Shown here: piece by piece, positions 37,822 through 49,918 of the stretch
Layout: each line of letters starts with the position of its first letter
Position numbering within the stretch: the first letter of the stretch is position 1
Assembly: GCF_006345805.1 (NCBI RefSeq)
Contig: NC_043015.1
Coordinates: 28,768,001 to 28,832,000 of the forward strand
Length of the DNA: 64,000 nt
Source: Octopus sinensis
Taxonomy: Eukaryota
Reading direction: 5' to 3'
Made by a program: the position numbers and the translations under genes
Notes under the pieces: generated by a model
What the model was told of the DNA's origin: nothing
Database searches by the model: none
What the model saw: the letters and a program-made list of their open reading frames with translations, nothing else

Positions 37822-37841
37822 TTCATATATTTGTATATACA

Positions 37842-37893
<52 letters not shown>

Positions 37894-37930
37894 TATACAT
37901 ATATATATATATATATACATATATATATAC

Positions 37931-38009
<79 letters not shown>

Positions 38010-38095
38010 TATACATATATATATATATATATAAATATACATATATACATATTATATACACACATATATATATATGTATATTTATATATATATAA
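37822..38095. repeat. (TA)n/(TACA)n microsatellite
   Basis: Directly visible. Confidence 0.95.
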
Positions 38096-38833
38096 TCCAT
38101 TTAAAAACTGTAATATCGTATCCCTTTGAAGTGAGGGACTTCAAAGTGATGCTGTATTAATTGAAAGACACTGATAAAACATCTAACAAAAAAAGAATTC
38201 TACAACCAGTTTGGATTCTTTGCTTATAATGTATAGTTCCAGTCAATTGGGAGACCATTCTTTAATGAGTTGCCTGAAATAGTCTTCATTGTCAATATAT
38301 CCAGGAAGTTGCTGGTTCTTACTACTACTACTACTAGCACCAATACTATTATTACCACCACTAGTACCACCACTGCCATTACTGTCTTTTATCTTTATCC
38401 TTTTACTTGTTTCGGTCATTAGACTGTGGCCATGCTGGGGCAGCACCTTGAAGGGTTTTTTTTTTTTTTGCTGAATGAATCAACCCCAGTACTTATCATT
38501 TTTTTTTGTGTGAAGCCTGATACTTATTCTATTGGAACTTCCTTTTTTCCGAACCACTAAGTCACAGGGACATAAGCACACCAACAGCGGTTGTCAAGCA
38601 GTGGTAGGGGAAACACAACATGACATAAAGTCTCTCACACACACACATGCATGCACATGTGCACGCACACACACACCACACACACACACAGAGCAAGCTT
38701 CTCTCGGTTTCTGACTAACAAATCCACTCACAAAATTTTGGCTGGCTCGAGGCTACAGAAGATGTCACTTCCTCAAAAGTGGAACTGGAACCAGAACCAT
38801 GAAGTTGGAAAACAAAATCTTTTTAACCACACG

Positions 38834-38935
38834 GAAGGGCCAAGTTCTGCGGATAATGTACGAGTGCTTGTACTTGGCTGTTGCTCAACCATTTCAAGCA
38901 AGGCCTCATCATCCACAACAGTATGCAAGTCCTTA
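38834..38935 (-). pseudogene. Mariner transposase HTH fragment
   Basis: HTVVDDEALLEMVEQQPSTSTRTLSAELGPS resembles the mariner RPSEVD..L...VE..P..TTRELAEEL motif. Confidence 0.55.
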
Positions 38936-39644
38936 ATTCATGTGCTACAAATGATCACAATATCAGGGACTATAAAAATCTGTCACAAGACACACATATG
39001 TTAACTGGTAGCGTGACTTTGGGGCAGCCTCGTATGCATGCTTGTGTGTGTGTGTCTGCATTTGTGCATGCCAGTGTAAATACCTAATGATATTTACTCT
39101 CTAACAGGAAGTAACTCCCTAGAAGAAAGAAACTCAGTAGGTAAATCAGCCGTTCAATAAATGTATGAGATTAGCTGCCAGAGTCTATATAATTGACAAA
39201 AAAAAAACCCATAAAGACAGAGTTTTAGCGTAGACACAATCCAATGACTGCAACCAACAACAGCAACAAAAATAAAGAATAAACAACAAATAAATGAAAG
39301 CATATATTTGAATGCATATAATATATAATCTGTTAAGATTATAACACAATTCAAGTGTTTATATGAAGTGAACTACTGATTAGGTGAAGCAGGTTGTGTG
39401 GTAAGGTAAGATAAACACCAACACTTTACTGCAATTTCTTAGTGAATATTAAGTATGTTTGTGCATTAGAGTGGTATGATTGTCTGCTTTCACATGCAAT
39501 ATTTGCTGATCATATATCTTCTACTGCTTTTGCTCTTTTATTTGTTTCATTCATTACACTGTGGCCATACTGGAGCACTTTTGATCCATAGCGTATATTG
39601 GCCAAGATACTGGGGTAGGTGACCAGATATTTCCCCCACTAAGG

Positions 39645-39850
39645 TGGCGGCGAGCTGGCAGAAATGTTAGCGCGCCGGGCGAAATGCTTAGCGGTATTTC
39701 GTCTGCCGCTACGTTGTGAGTTCAAATTCTGCCGAGGTCGACTTTGCCTTTCGTCCTTTCGGAGTCGATAAATTAAGTACCAGTTACGCACTGGAGTCGA
39801 TGTAATTGACTTAATACCTATGTCTGTCCTTGTTTGTCCCCTCTATGTTT
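39645..39850 (+). mobile_element. SINE family B, 3'-truncated
   Basis: Family B homology. Confidence 0.85.
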
Positions 39851-40019
39851 ATATATACCTATATATATATATTTATATGCTTATATATATATACATATAT
39901 ATATATGCTTATATATATATATTTGAGTGCAGCTTATACACTCCTCTCCATACACTTTCTGCAACTTTGCATAGGCCTCTGAGCAGGTATTGCCATGACG
40001 ACTTTTTCTGTCATGGTCA

Positions 40020-40190
40020 ATGCACCAATCACATGCTACACACCTTCCTGCCAAGCACTGCTGTGAACAGCGGAAGTGATCTAGAATGTTAAAACTTAGT
40101 GCACATGCACAGCAGAGTTCAAGGTCAATCTGCGCCAAGCAGCTTCACTCTGTGTGCTTCAGCATTGTTACTATAGCAACTGTCCGGATG
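40020..40190. promoter_or_regulatory. Candidate promoter/enhancer motif cluster
   Basis: CCAAT 40025, CGGAAGTG 40071, TGCACATGCACA 40100, TCAAGGTCA 40119, X-box-like GTTACTATAGCAAC 40167-40180. Confidence 0.3.
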
Positions 40191-40236
40191 CTTATTGATC
40201 AGACTTAGTATATGCATATTTATATATGTATGTGTG

Positions 40237-40545
40237 GAGGTGCAATGGCCCAGTGGTTAGTGCAGCGGACTCGCCGTCGTAGGATCGCAGTTTTGATTCC
40301 CAGACCGGGCGTTGTGAGTGTTTATTGAGCGAAAACACCTAAAGCTCCACGAGGCTCCGGCAGCGGGTGGTGGCGATCCCTGCTGTACCCTTTCGCTGCA
40401 ACTTTCTCCCACTCTTTCTTATGTTGGCCTGCTCGCTTAGCCAGCAGGGTGGCGTCATTTGAAGGCTAAAACAATGTGAAGCGCATTGTGACCAGCGATG
40501 TGTAGCAACATCTGATAGCCTGGTCGATCACGATGATCACAGTGA
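40237..40545 (+). mobile_element. SINE with family D head/core but a different 3' tail
   Basis: First ~190 nt match family D, then an unrelated tail ending in GATCAC repeats. Confidence 0.75.
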
Positions 40546-41009
40546 TATGTATGTGTCTGTACATATGCATGTGTTTGCATGGGTGAGTTCCAATTTTCTC
40601 TCATCTGTGTGTGTATACCGACCATTAGCAAACATCTTCACTGTCAATACAAGTGGCGTCGTTTGACTGCAGTCAACTGTGACTGCATGTTCAGGCTTCT
40701 TGACATGTCTTGACATGTCACACAATGTTTATGAATGAGAAAACTCATTAAGCTGATGTTGCTCGTTTCAGTTCATTGCATCCAGGCTGTTCCCTTTGTT
40801 ACTCAATAAACTAGGAGGGGGGTGATAATTATATCACTGGGAAACAGGTGAGGATTGGAAAGAGGAAAGGCAGCCAACCAGAGAAAATCTGTGTCACCAA
40901 ATTCCAGCTAATCCATACAGACATGGAAAAAAATGAAGTTAAAATGGCGATGCTGATGATATACATATATATATATATATGCAAGTGGTTTGTATATGTG
41001 TATTTATGT

Positions 41010-41040
<31 letters not shown>

Positions 41041-41334
41041 GTTGATGTTATAAGAGATAATGGTGTCATTGAGACCCAAAGGTGTCAAGTAATGCTGAAT
41101 AAGTGCTATAGACAGACCATAGTTAAGTTCCAGATTCAGTAATATCGCGAATAAAGGGTTCAATGTTGGTTCTATGTCAGCGTGTGTATATATGAATTTT
41201 TTGAGTAATGAGATAAAAAAAAACTAAGGCTGTATAAACGCTGTAATATCTATACAGCCTTGGTTTTTTTATCTCATTACACAAAAAATTCATATATATA
41301 TATATATATATATATATAATCAATTCAAAAACAC

Positions 41335-41503
41335 AATCACTTCAAATAAGCGAATAAAGTTAACGGAAAACAAGGGGATATATGCAAGAAATGTATTAGC
41401 TTGATGCTTGGTGAAAAGAGAGAGTTTGGCATTTTGAGCACAACTCTTCGTCGGAAAGGAAAAAGGGAAGGGTCCAAAGAAGGGAAAAAAATCACCAACA
41501 GCA

Positions 41504-41510
<7 letters not shown>
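41335..41510 (-). mobile_element. Diverged Penelope-like short repeat (same family as 21950)
   Basis: TTTCCGACGAAGAGTTGTGCTC motif; between (TA)n tracts. Confidence 0.5.
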
Positions 41511-41554
<44 letters not shown>

Positions 41555-41737
41555 GCTGTTGGTGATTTTTTTCCCTCTTGGTTATCATCAACATCCTGTT
41601 ATTCCTTGCCAACCCCTGGGGGGGGGGGATGTCCCTTGGAGTCCCCCTTTGGTAACCCCTGTTGTAAATGCATGTCATTCATTTCTAATATTCTGCAAAA
41701 GCATGTCTGGCTATGGGAAAATATTATGCTGCTTGTA

Positions 41738-41866
41738 AACAGGTAAAGGTTGGTGACAGGAAGGGCATCTGGCTGAGCTGTAGAATATCTGCCTCGAGAA
41801 ACTCGCTCTGATCCATGCTAGCATGGAAAAGCGGTTGTTAAAACAATGAGAATGGTGATGATGATG
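41738..41866 (+). mobile_element. Diverged family C fragment
   Basis: AGGAAGGGCATCTGGC...ATGCTAGCATGGAAAAG...(GAT)n. Confidence 0.65.
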
Positions 41867-41906
41867 AACATTGCAGAAACATTTAGAATATCAAGAGTGA
41901 AATAAA

Positions 41907-41955
<49 letters not shown>

Positions 41956-41956
41956 T

Positions 41957-42165
41957 ATTTCTTTACTACCCACAAGGGGCTAAACACAGAGGGGACAAAC
42001 AAGGACAGACAAACGGATTAAGTCGATTAGAGTGACCCCAGTGCGTAACTGGTACTTAATTTATCGACCCCGAAAGGATGAAAGGCAAAGTTGACCTCGG
42101 CGGAATTTGATCTCAGAACGCAGTGGCGGACGAAATATCGCAAGGCATTTCGCCCGGTGTGCTAA
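41957..42165 (-). mobile_element. SINE family B next to (TAA)n
   Basis: Family B homology. Confidence 0.85.
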
Positions 42166-42328
42166 TAATTAATTTGTTTATTGGCCACAAGGGCTGACAA
42201 AAAACAATTAAAACATAATGGGACAAAACACAAGACGAAAGTTACAAAGGGTTAATAATAATAATAATAATAAAGAAAATTTGAAAGAAGAAGAAAAAAA
42301 GATAACAATAATAATAATAATAATAATA

Positions 42329-42570
42329 GAGCGGGATGGGTTACTCGATCTGAAGAAAATTCTAACTGGGCCCCACCTGCAAGGTCATGTGCTGTTTATC
42401 TTGATATGAGATCACCATGTCGCGTACATATGGTTGTGATGCATGTGCCTGGTGTACCCTTATCAGATGGGTAGTCATGATGGGTATACTGGGCTTCGTA
42501 TATTTTACCCCAGTGTCACTTTGATGGCATGCTCCGCTCGCTCACTCAATAATAATAATAATAATAACAG
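42329..42570 (+). mobile_element. Possible LINE 3' end inserted in (TAA)n (R4/Dong-like behaviour)
   Basis: Unique-looking block ending CACTCAATAATAAT, flanked on both sides by (TAA)n; clade assignment is inference. Confidence 0.4.
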
Positions 42571-42844
42571 TAATAAAAGATTATTGAACAAACAGGCAAG
42601 TGTTTAGGGGAAATTTATTATGCATACAGTCTTTTCTCAATGGCTGCCAGCTGTTACATAATGAAGAAATTTGGTGGATCATTTCTGAGTACATTCAGTT
42701 TTACTTATGGTTTATGATGGTTCGTTATGTTCATATTTCCTGCAATGAGAAACTTTAATCATTTAATAACAATGAAAGAATGGTGACAGCTATCAGCTTT
42801 TTTCAAAGCACATGACTAGATAATTTGTAGTATCTATAAACGTA

Positions 42845-42875
42845 TGTGTGTTTGTATGTATGTACATGCGTGTCA

Positions 42876-42910
<35 letters not shown>

Positions 42911-43048
42911 ACTGAGTGTGTGTGTGTGTGTGTGTGTGAGTGTGTGTGTGGTGTGCATGCGTGTGTGTGAGTGTGTGTGTGTGCGAGTGTGTGTGTGACT
43001 GAGTGTGTGTGTGTGTGTGAGTGTGTGTGTTGTGTGTGTGTGTGTGTG

Positions 43049-43079
<31 letters not shown>

Positions 43080-43085
43080 TGTGTA
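42845..43085. repeat. (TG)n microsatellite
   Basis: Directly visible. Confidence 0.95.
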
Positions 43086-43519
43086 CATATATATTTATAT
43101 CTTTTATGTTCTATCTTTTACTTGTTTCAGTCAGTTGATTGTGGCCATGCTGGGACACTGCCTTGAAGGGTTTTTACAAAAATATATTAATCCCAGGACT
43201 TTTTTTTTAAAGCCTGGTATTTGTTCTATCGGTATTTTTTTACAAACTGCTAAGTCACAGGAATGTAAACACACCAACACCGATTGTCAAGTGATGGTGG
43301 GGGACAAAGAGACACAAAAACACATACACATAAATATATATACATATATATGCATATATATGACAGGCTTCTTTCAGTTTCTGTCTACCAAATCTAGTCA
43401 TAAGGCTTTGGTCAGTTTAAGGCCATAGTAGAAGACATTTGCCAAAGGTGCCAGGCAGTGGGACTGAACCTGGAACCATGAGGTTGAGAAGCAAGCTTCT
43501 CACCATGCAGCCACACCTT

Positions 43520-43937
43520 GACTATATATATATACTCTTTCTCTTTTACTTGTTTCAGTCATTTGACTGCGGCCATGCTGGAGCACCGCCTTTAATCGAG
43601 CAACTCGACCCCAGGGACTTATTCTTTGTAAGCCCAGTACTTATTCTATCGGTCTCTTTTGCCGAACTGCTAAGTAACGGGGACATAAACACACCAGCAT
43701 CGGTTGTCAAGCAATGCTAGGGGAACAAACACAGACACACAAACACACACACACATATATATATACATATATACGACGGGCTTCTTTCACTTTCTGTCTA
43801 CCAAATCCACACACAAGGCTTTGGTCGGCCCGAGGTTATAGTAGAAGACACTTGCCCAAGGTGCCACGCAGTGGGACTGAACACGGAACCATGTGGTTGG
43901 TAAACAAGCTACTTACCACACAGTCACTCCTGCGCCT
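43520..43937 (-). mobile_element. SINE family A, full length (an older decayed copy lies at 43125-43490)
   Basis: Family A homology. Confidence 0.85.
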
Positions 43938-43954
43938 ATATATATATAAGCTTA

Positions 43955-44110
43955 AAAACCTTTCATATTGGAAGCTTAAGGACCCTTCATATGGTGACAG
44001 ATTTAGGGGCACCCTAATTAAGAAATTTGATGAGAGGGAGGATGAGCTACAAACTTGTGGCATAGAGGGAAACTGGGAAATCCTGTGAGACAGCTTGCTG
44101 AGTGTTGGGC
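43955..44110 (+). mobile_element. RTE-clade LINE ORF fragment (EN-RT linker)
   Basis: WKLKDPSYGDRFRGTLIKKFDEREDELQTCGIEGNWEIL*DSLL resembles the RTE WKLKD...W..LRD linker. Confidence 0.55.
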
Positions 44111-44204
44111 CTCACAGAGGTAATGACTAAGATCTTTGGCATTATGTCATGCTTGAGAGGAAGACCCATCAAGCTGAACCACATTGCCGTCATGGCAGAT
44201 ACTG

Positions 44205-44458
44205 GTATCCCACAAATTGACACCTATGCTGGTGGCACGTAAACGCACCCCAGTGCCACGCAAATGGCTCCTGTGCTTGTGGCATGTAAAAGCACCCATT
44301 GCACTCTCAGGGTGGTTGGTATTAGGAAGGGTATCCAGCTGTAGAAAAGCATGCCAAATCTGACTGGAGTCTGGTGTAGTCTTCCAGTATGCTAGCCCAG
44401 TCAAATCGTCCAACCATGCCAGCATGGACAACGGATGTTAAATGATGATGATGATGAT
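44205..44458 (+). mobile_element. Family C copy
   Basis: AGGAAGGGTATCCAGC...(GAT)n. Confidence 0.7.
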
Positions 44459-44477
44459 TACATATATATATATCGCT

Positions 44478-44710
44478 AAGGCGGCAAGCTGGTAGAAATG
44501 TTAGCGCGCCAGGCGAAATGCTTAGCGGTATTTCGTCTGACATTACGTTCTGAGTTCAAATTCCGCCGAGGTTGACTTTGCCTTTCATCCTTTCGGAGTC
44601 GATAGATTAAGTACATGTTACGCACTGGAGTCGATATAATCGACTTAAACCCTTTGTCTGTCCTTGTTTGTCCCCTCTATGTTTAGCCCCTTGTGGATAG
44701 TAAAGAAATA
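44478..44710 (+). mobile_element. SINE family B, full length
   Basis: Family B homology. Confidence 0.85.
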
Positions 44711-45506
44711 TATATATATATATATTTTAACATCCACTTTTACAAGCTTGCATGGATCAGACAAAATTGGTAGAACTAAGCTTAGCATAAATTAATCACG
44801 TAGACTATGAAAAAATGTAATCATTTCAACATTAAAAACCAACTAATGATTGTTAATAAGTGCTTTGAAATTGCTTGCTTAAAATTGATTCAATTTGAAA
44901 CACTTTTAGAAAAATGCTAAGACATCACAGAAATTAAAATTCTAATCGATATCCTCATCAGCAAAATTTTGAAAGCAGGAAACAACTGAAAACAAAAACA
45001 AAAAAATGTTAAAAAAAAATATATAACACCATAAAGTAAGATATATTTCAATTTCAACAGTGAATACTCACTACAATCAAGGTGTTTCATTTGTCGAACA
45101 AGGAGAATTCGTAGAATAATTACCTGGAAAATATACAGAGAGCTATGATAGAGCAGATACATATTTATGATCCAGCATACACAACACATGCAGTTTGAAT
45201 TCTCATCTGTACAATAGCAATATGTAAATTTATGTTGGCATATTTAATGTAGGAGAGCATTAAAATGCTAACTAAAAATAATTATGAGACAAGAGAAAAA
45301 CGATATTAGAGAATGACTAAGATTATCTGCATTTTCCCCAGTAAAATATGGGAGACAACTTTGAATATAGTTCGTAATTATTCTGACCTCCTCCGAAAAC
45401 AATAACCTTTACCTATTTCTTTACTACCCACAAGGGGCTAAACACAGAGGGAACAAACAAGGACAGACAAACAGATTAAGTTGATTACATCGACCCCAGT
45501 GCGTAT

Positions 45507-45731
45507 ATTGAAGTCATGCATCGCATTGACCTTCGAAACGTGGAGTAGATGAAACTAAAGCAACTGAAGAAGGGGAATTTTCCTTGTTTTGTATGTCCTG
45601 TACTCTATTTTTTTCGTTGTTTAAAAGAAATATCCATTTCCTTGGTTTTGTGTTTATTTTTTCGTCTCTCATTGTGTTCGACGTTTTTTTTTTTGGTGTC
45701 CTGTACCCATATTGGCCAAGTATGTATTTTA
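45507..45731 (+). mobile_element. Penelope-like fragment homologous to 11400-11680
   Basis: CTTCGAAACGTGGAGTAGATGAAA...CTGAAGAAGGGGAATTTTCC shared. Confidence 0.55.
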
Positions 45732-45733
45732 TA

Positions 45734-46107
45734 GGCGCAGGAGTGGATGTATGGTAAGTAGCTTGATAACCAACCACATCGTTCCGGGTTCAGTCCCACT
45801 GCGTGGCATCTTGGGCAAGTGTCTTCTGCTATAGCCCCGGGCCGACCAATGCCTTGTGAGTGGATTTGGTAGACGGAAACTGAAAGAAGCCTGTCGTATA
45901 TATGTATATATATATATATGCATGTGTGTGTATGTGTTTGTCCCCCTAGCATTACTTGACAACCGATGCTGGTGTGTTTACGTCCCCGTTACTTAGCGGT
46001 TCGGCAAAAGAGACCGATAGACTAAGTACTGGGCTTTGCCCGACTAAAGGCGGTGCTCCAGCATGGCCGCAGTCAAAATGACTGAAACAAGTAAAAGAGA
46101 AAAAGAG
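45734..46107 (+). mobile_element. SINE family A with short tail deletion
   Basis: Family A homology. Confidence 0.85.
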
Positions 46108-46262
46108 TATACTATACTATACTATACTATACTATACTATACTATACTATACTATACTATACTATACTATATTATACTATACTATACTATACTATACTAT
46201 ACTATACTATACTATACTATACTATACTATATTATACTATACTATACTATACTATATTATAT
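46108..46262. repeat. (TATAC)n pentanucleotide array
   Basis: Directly visible. Confidence 0.95.
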
Positions 46263-46639
46263 TGTATTATATTATATATTATATTGACGTTCTCTAGTTA
46301 GAGCAGCAATGCAGATTTCACCTACCCCATCCGCCTATTATTCGTTCTCCCTCTCCATCTCTCTCTCTTTCTCTTATTTTAGATATAGGTCAATAACAAT
46401 TAGAAAAAGTTATAGTGTTATCTCTATTTTATATCTAGGTTAAACATTCCATAATCTTGCCTGTACTCCAGTAACATCATACCTTTAACTTCGTATGTTA
46501 GATTTAGTAAAACAAGAAAAAGCGATTCGAATAAAGCAAAGTAAATTATTGAAATAGACAGATAGATAGATAGATATAGATATGTGTTTGAGTAAATATA
46601 TGTGGTGGGGTGCAAGCATATATAATATAAATTATATGG

Positions 46640-46886
<247 letters not shown>

Positions 46887-46894
46887 TCGTCTAT

Positions 46895-47016
46895 GCTCAA
46901 GCTTGGGCGAAGGTAAAGAATACGCACATCACCCGATTTCGGCGCTCAATGTTAGGGTTAGGGTTACGCCGAAAACGGGTGGTGTGCGTATTCTTTACCT
47001 CCGCCTAAGCCTGAGC
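46895..47016. mobile_element. 122-bp palindromic MITE with central TTAGGG repeats
   Basis: 50-bp inverted arms GCTCAAGCTTGGGCGAAGG...TTTCGGCG with about 5 mismatches; loop CTCAATGTTAGGGTTAGGGTTA. Confidence 0.7.
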
Positions 47017-47267
47017 TTTATTCTTTAATTCGTTTTCTGGTTTCAAGTGAGTGAACTGTGGCCACGCTGGGGCACCACTTTCACTTGTCAACCGATGATA
47101 TTGACTCCAGTGCTTATTTTATTGACCTATTATTTTTCAAAACCGCTGACACAAAGGTATCTCTGGAAAATTTCATTAAAAAATAAGCATTTTTTAAAAG
47201 AAAATTATGAGGAAACAAAGTCTAGGCCTTCTGTACAGTTTTCGCTGTCAAATTTCGCTTACAAGGT

Positions 47268-47482
47268 ATGGAGCTGGCAGAATCGTTAGCACGCCAGGCG
47301 AAATGCTTTGCGGTATTTCGTCTGCCGCTACGTTCTGAGTTCAAATTCCGCCGAGGTCGACTTTGCCTTTCATCCTTTCGGAGTCGATAAATTAAGTACC
47401 AGTTACGCACTGGGGTCGATATAATCGACTTAATCCGTTTGTCTGTCCTTGTTTGGCCCCTTGTGGGTAGTAAAGAAATAGG
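47268..47482 (+). mobile_element. SINE family B
   Basis: Family B homology. Confidence 0.85.
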
Positions 47483-48084
47483 TATGGGTCAACCAAACAC
47501 TTGCTCAAAGTGCCACACGATGGGACTGAACCTGAAACCACGTGGTTATTAAGAGAGCTTATTAGCTTATTAACCATACAGCCATGCTTATGTGAGATGT
47601 TGATAATTTAAAACTGAACACAAGATAGAAAATAACGCGAATTTTAGAAATACTGGCGAAGTTGTTTAGCCACAACTCAACCCTGATCGAACCCACAGAT
47701 CAATGATCAAAAGTATTCTTTGCAATGGCTAACCCGCTTCTTTTTTTTCTTTTTCAGACACATCCTTATCCAATGTTTTCTTTGACTGCTATTTCTACCT
47801 AACAAGCAACCATACGTCTCCTTCGTTGGCTTATATTTGTCATTAATTACACAGCCGTTGTCACTATTAGCACCATAATCTAGTCCTTAGTACATCCATT
47901 CATTTTTAAGAGCCTGTCCCATCTCCATTATGGCCACCACTACCATAAAATAGAAACACTATAAAACAGCAAGAAGAAATAGCAGCTAGCTGCCCCCTTG
48001 TTATGTTTTAAAATGAATAGTAAAATGGATAAAAAGGGCGGATAGTCACGGCTGGAGTATCTTACTCAGATTTATAATATACTG

Positions 48085-48428
48085 GACCAGGTTGACATGA
48101 AACTAAATGGCACTCCGTCGGTTACGACGACGAGGGTTTCAGCTGATCCGATCAACGGAAAAGCCTGCAAATGAAATTAACGTGCAAGTGGTTGAGTACT
48201 CCGCAGACACGTGTACCCTTAACGTGGTCCTCAGGGAAATTCAGCGTGATAAAGAATATGACAAGGCTGGCCCTTTTGAAACACAGGTACTACTCATTTC
48301 TGCCAGCTGAGTGCACTGGAGCAACGAGAAATAAAGTATCTTGTTCAAGGACACAATGCGTCGCCGGAAATCGAACTCAAATCCTTGTGATCGTAAACCG
48401 AATACCTTAGCTACTAAGCCACGCGCCT
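48085..48428 (-). mobile_element. SINE family E
   Basis: tRNA head AAGGCGCGTGGCTTAG...GAGTTCGATTTCC on minus strand; homologue of 20238. Confidence 0.75.
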
Positions 48429-48922
48429 TTACTAATTATGGCCGTAATAGCGAAGAAGTCTTTACATGTCCCGTCGACCAGCTGGAAACAGCAACCAAAT
48501 CTCTATCAAATCTTATACCGCAGTCTTCAAAGGGATGGTCTGATGGGCAACTGTGGTCGCAGGTAGAAGTTGGGACGTCTTCGATTATACCTCTTGCTTG
48601 ATCAGGGCTAAACAACGTCCTCATTATCGTGTCTTTCCCTATCAATAACATAATAATAATCATTTTTAGCCAACATTACTACAACCATTACGATTAGCAA
48701 CAAGCCAATGAGGAAGTACCTAGGTGGTTACTCGAACGCTAGAAACAACAGCCAAAACCTCCCTTTACTTCATATTCTACCGTTTTGGGAAAGAAAACAT
48801 TGATAGTGTTGTGCAAGGTAGATATTACTCGAAATAAAGTCGGGATGTTCATAGTTGGACTGCCTTTGGTCATAGGTCTGTTTGATCAAGGCCAGCTATG
48901 AATTCTGTTCCTCATCACTATC

Positions 48923-49112
48923 TTTTTCTTTACTACCCACGAGGGGCTAAACACAGAGGGGACAAACAAGGACAGACAAAGGGATTATATTAAGTCGTTT
49001 ACATCGACCCCAGTGCGTAACTGGTACTTAATTTATCGACCCCGAAAGGATGAAAGGCAAAGTCGACCTCGGCGGAATTTGAACTCACGCCGAGGTCGAC
49101 TTTGCCTTTCAT
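48923..49112 (-). mobile_element. 5'-truncated SINE family B with 28-bp fold-back and 13-bp TSD
   Basis: TSD CCTCATCACTATC (48910-48922, 49113-49125). Confidence 0.85.
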
Positions 49113-49780
49113 CCTCATCACTATCGTCTTCATCGGTAGCTTCAACAAAGATAATCAACATGATCATCGCCCTCGTCATCATTTTTACCTATTTTCCATG
49201 CCCCATGGCCATCCCCTTTTGTGGCATTTTCCAGTCTCTTATACTCTCCCTGTTCTAATCATACACCCACCTGGTGATGGAGTTCACATCAAGCGCTGGC
49301 GTGTGTGTGTATGGTTCTGAAATAAATAAATAAAGACGTTAATTCAAGCAGAAAAAAACAAGTTTATAGGCCTTTAGTATTCTAAGTATAAATAAGGTCG
49401 AAGAAGCTGTTATGTTAATTTAGGTGATATTATAGGAAGTAAAGATCAACAACGTTCCGTTAGTTTGGTGTTTAACCATACTGCAGTTCCAGCTATGACC
49501 ATCCTTTCATTATATGTGTATCTTACACTGTCGAATGTGACCTGGTTTCTTTTTTCTCTCTCTCTCTCTCTTCTTTTTACGACGATAGGAAGATATAAGG
49601 ATGTGATATGAGGAAGATTTGGCTGCTGTTTCGACCACATACAATTTCCCTTTCTAGCTTGACGTTTCGTTTTCTAGAGTTCACAGTTTTCCTTTATTTC
49701 TGCCAAAGTTTTCAAGAACTAAGCTAACATGTTAAACGTTTTCAACATATAAAGTGATTGTCTGATGAACAGAAAATATT

Positions 49781-49918
49781 TATTTCTTTACTACCTACAA
49801 GGGGTTAAACACAGAGAGGACAAAAACGGATTAAGTCGATTACATCGACCCCAGTGCGTAACTGGTACTTAATTTATCGACCCCGAAAGGATGAAAGGCA
49901 AAGTCGACCTCGGCGGAA
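49781..49918 (-). mobile_element. 5'-truncated SINE family B
   Basis: TSD ATGAACAGAAAATATT on both sides. Confidence 0.85.

Noticed and set aside
38243-38330. Protein-like stretch KNQQLPGYIDNEDYFRQLIKEWSPN (minus)
   Set aside because: No acceptor site, opposite strand also open, no family recognised
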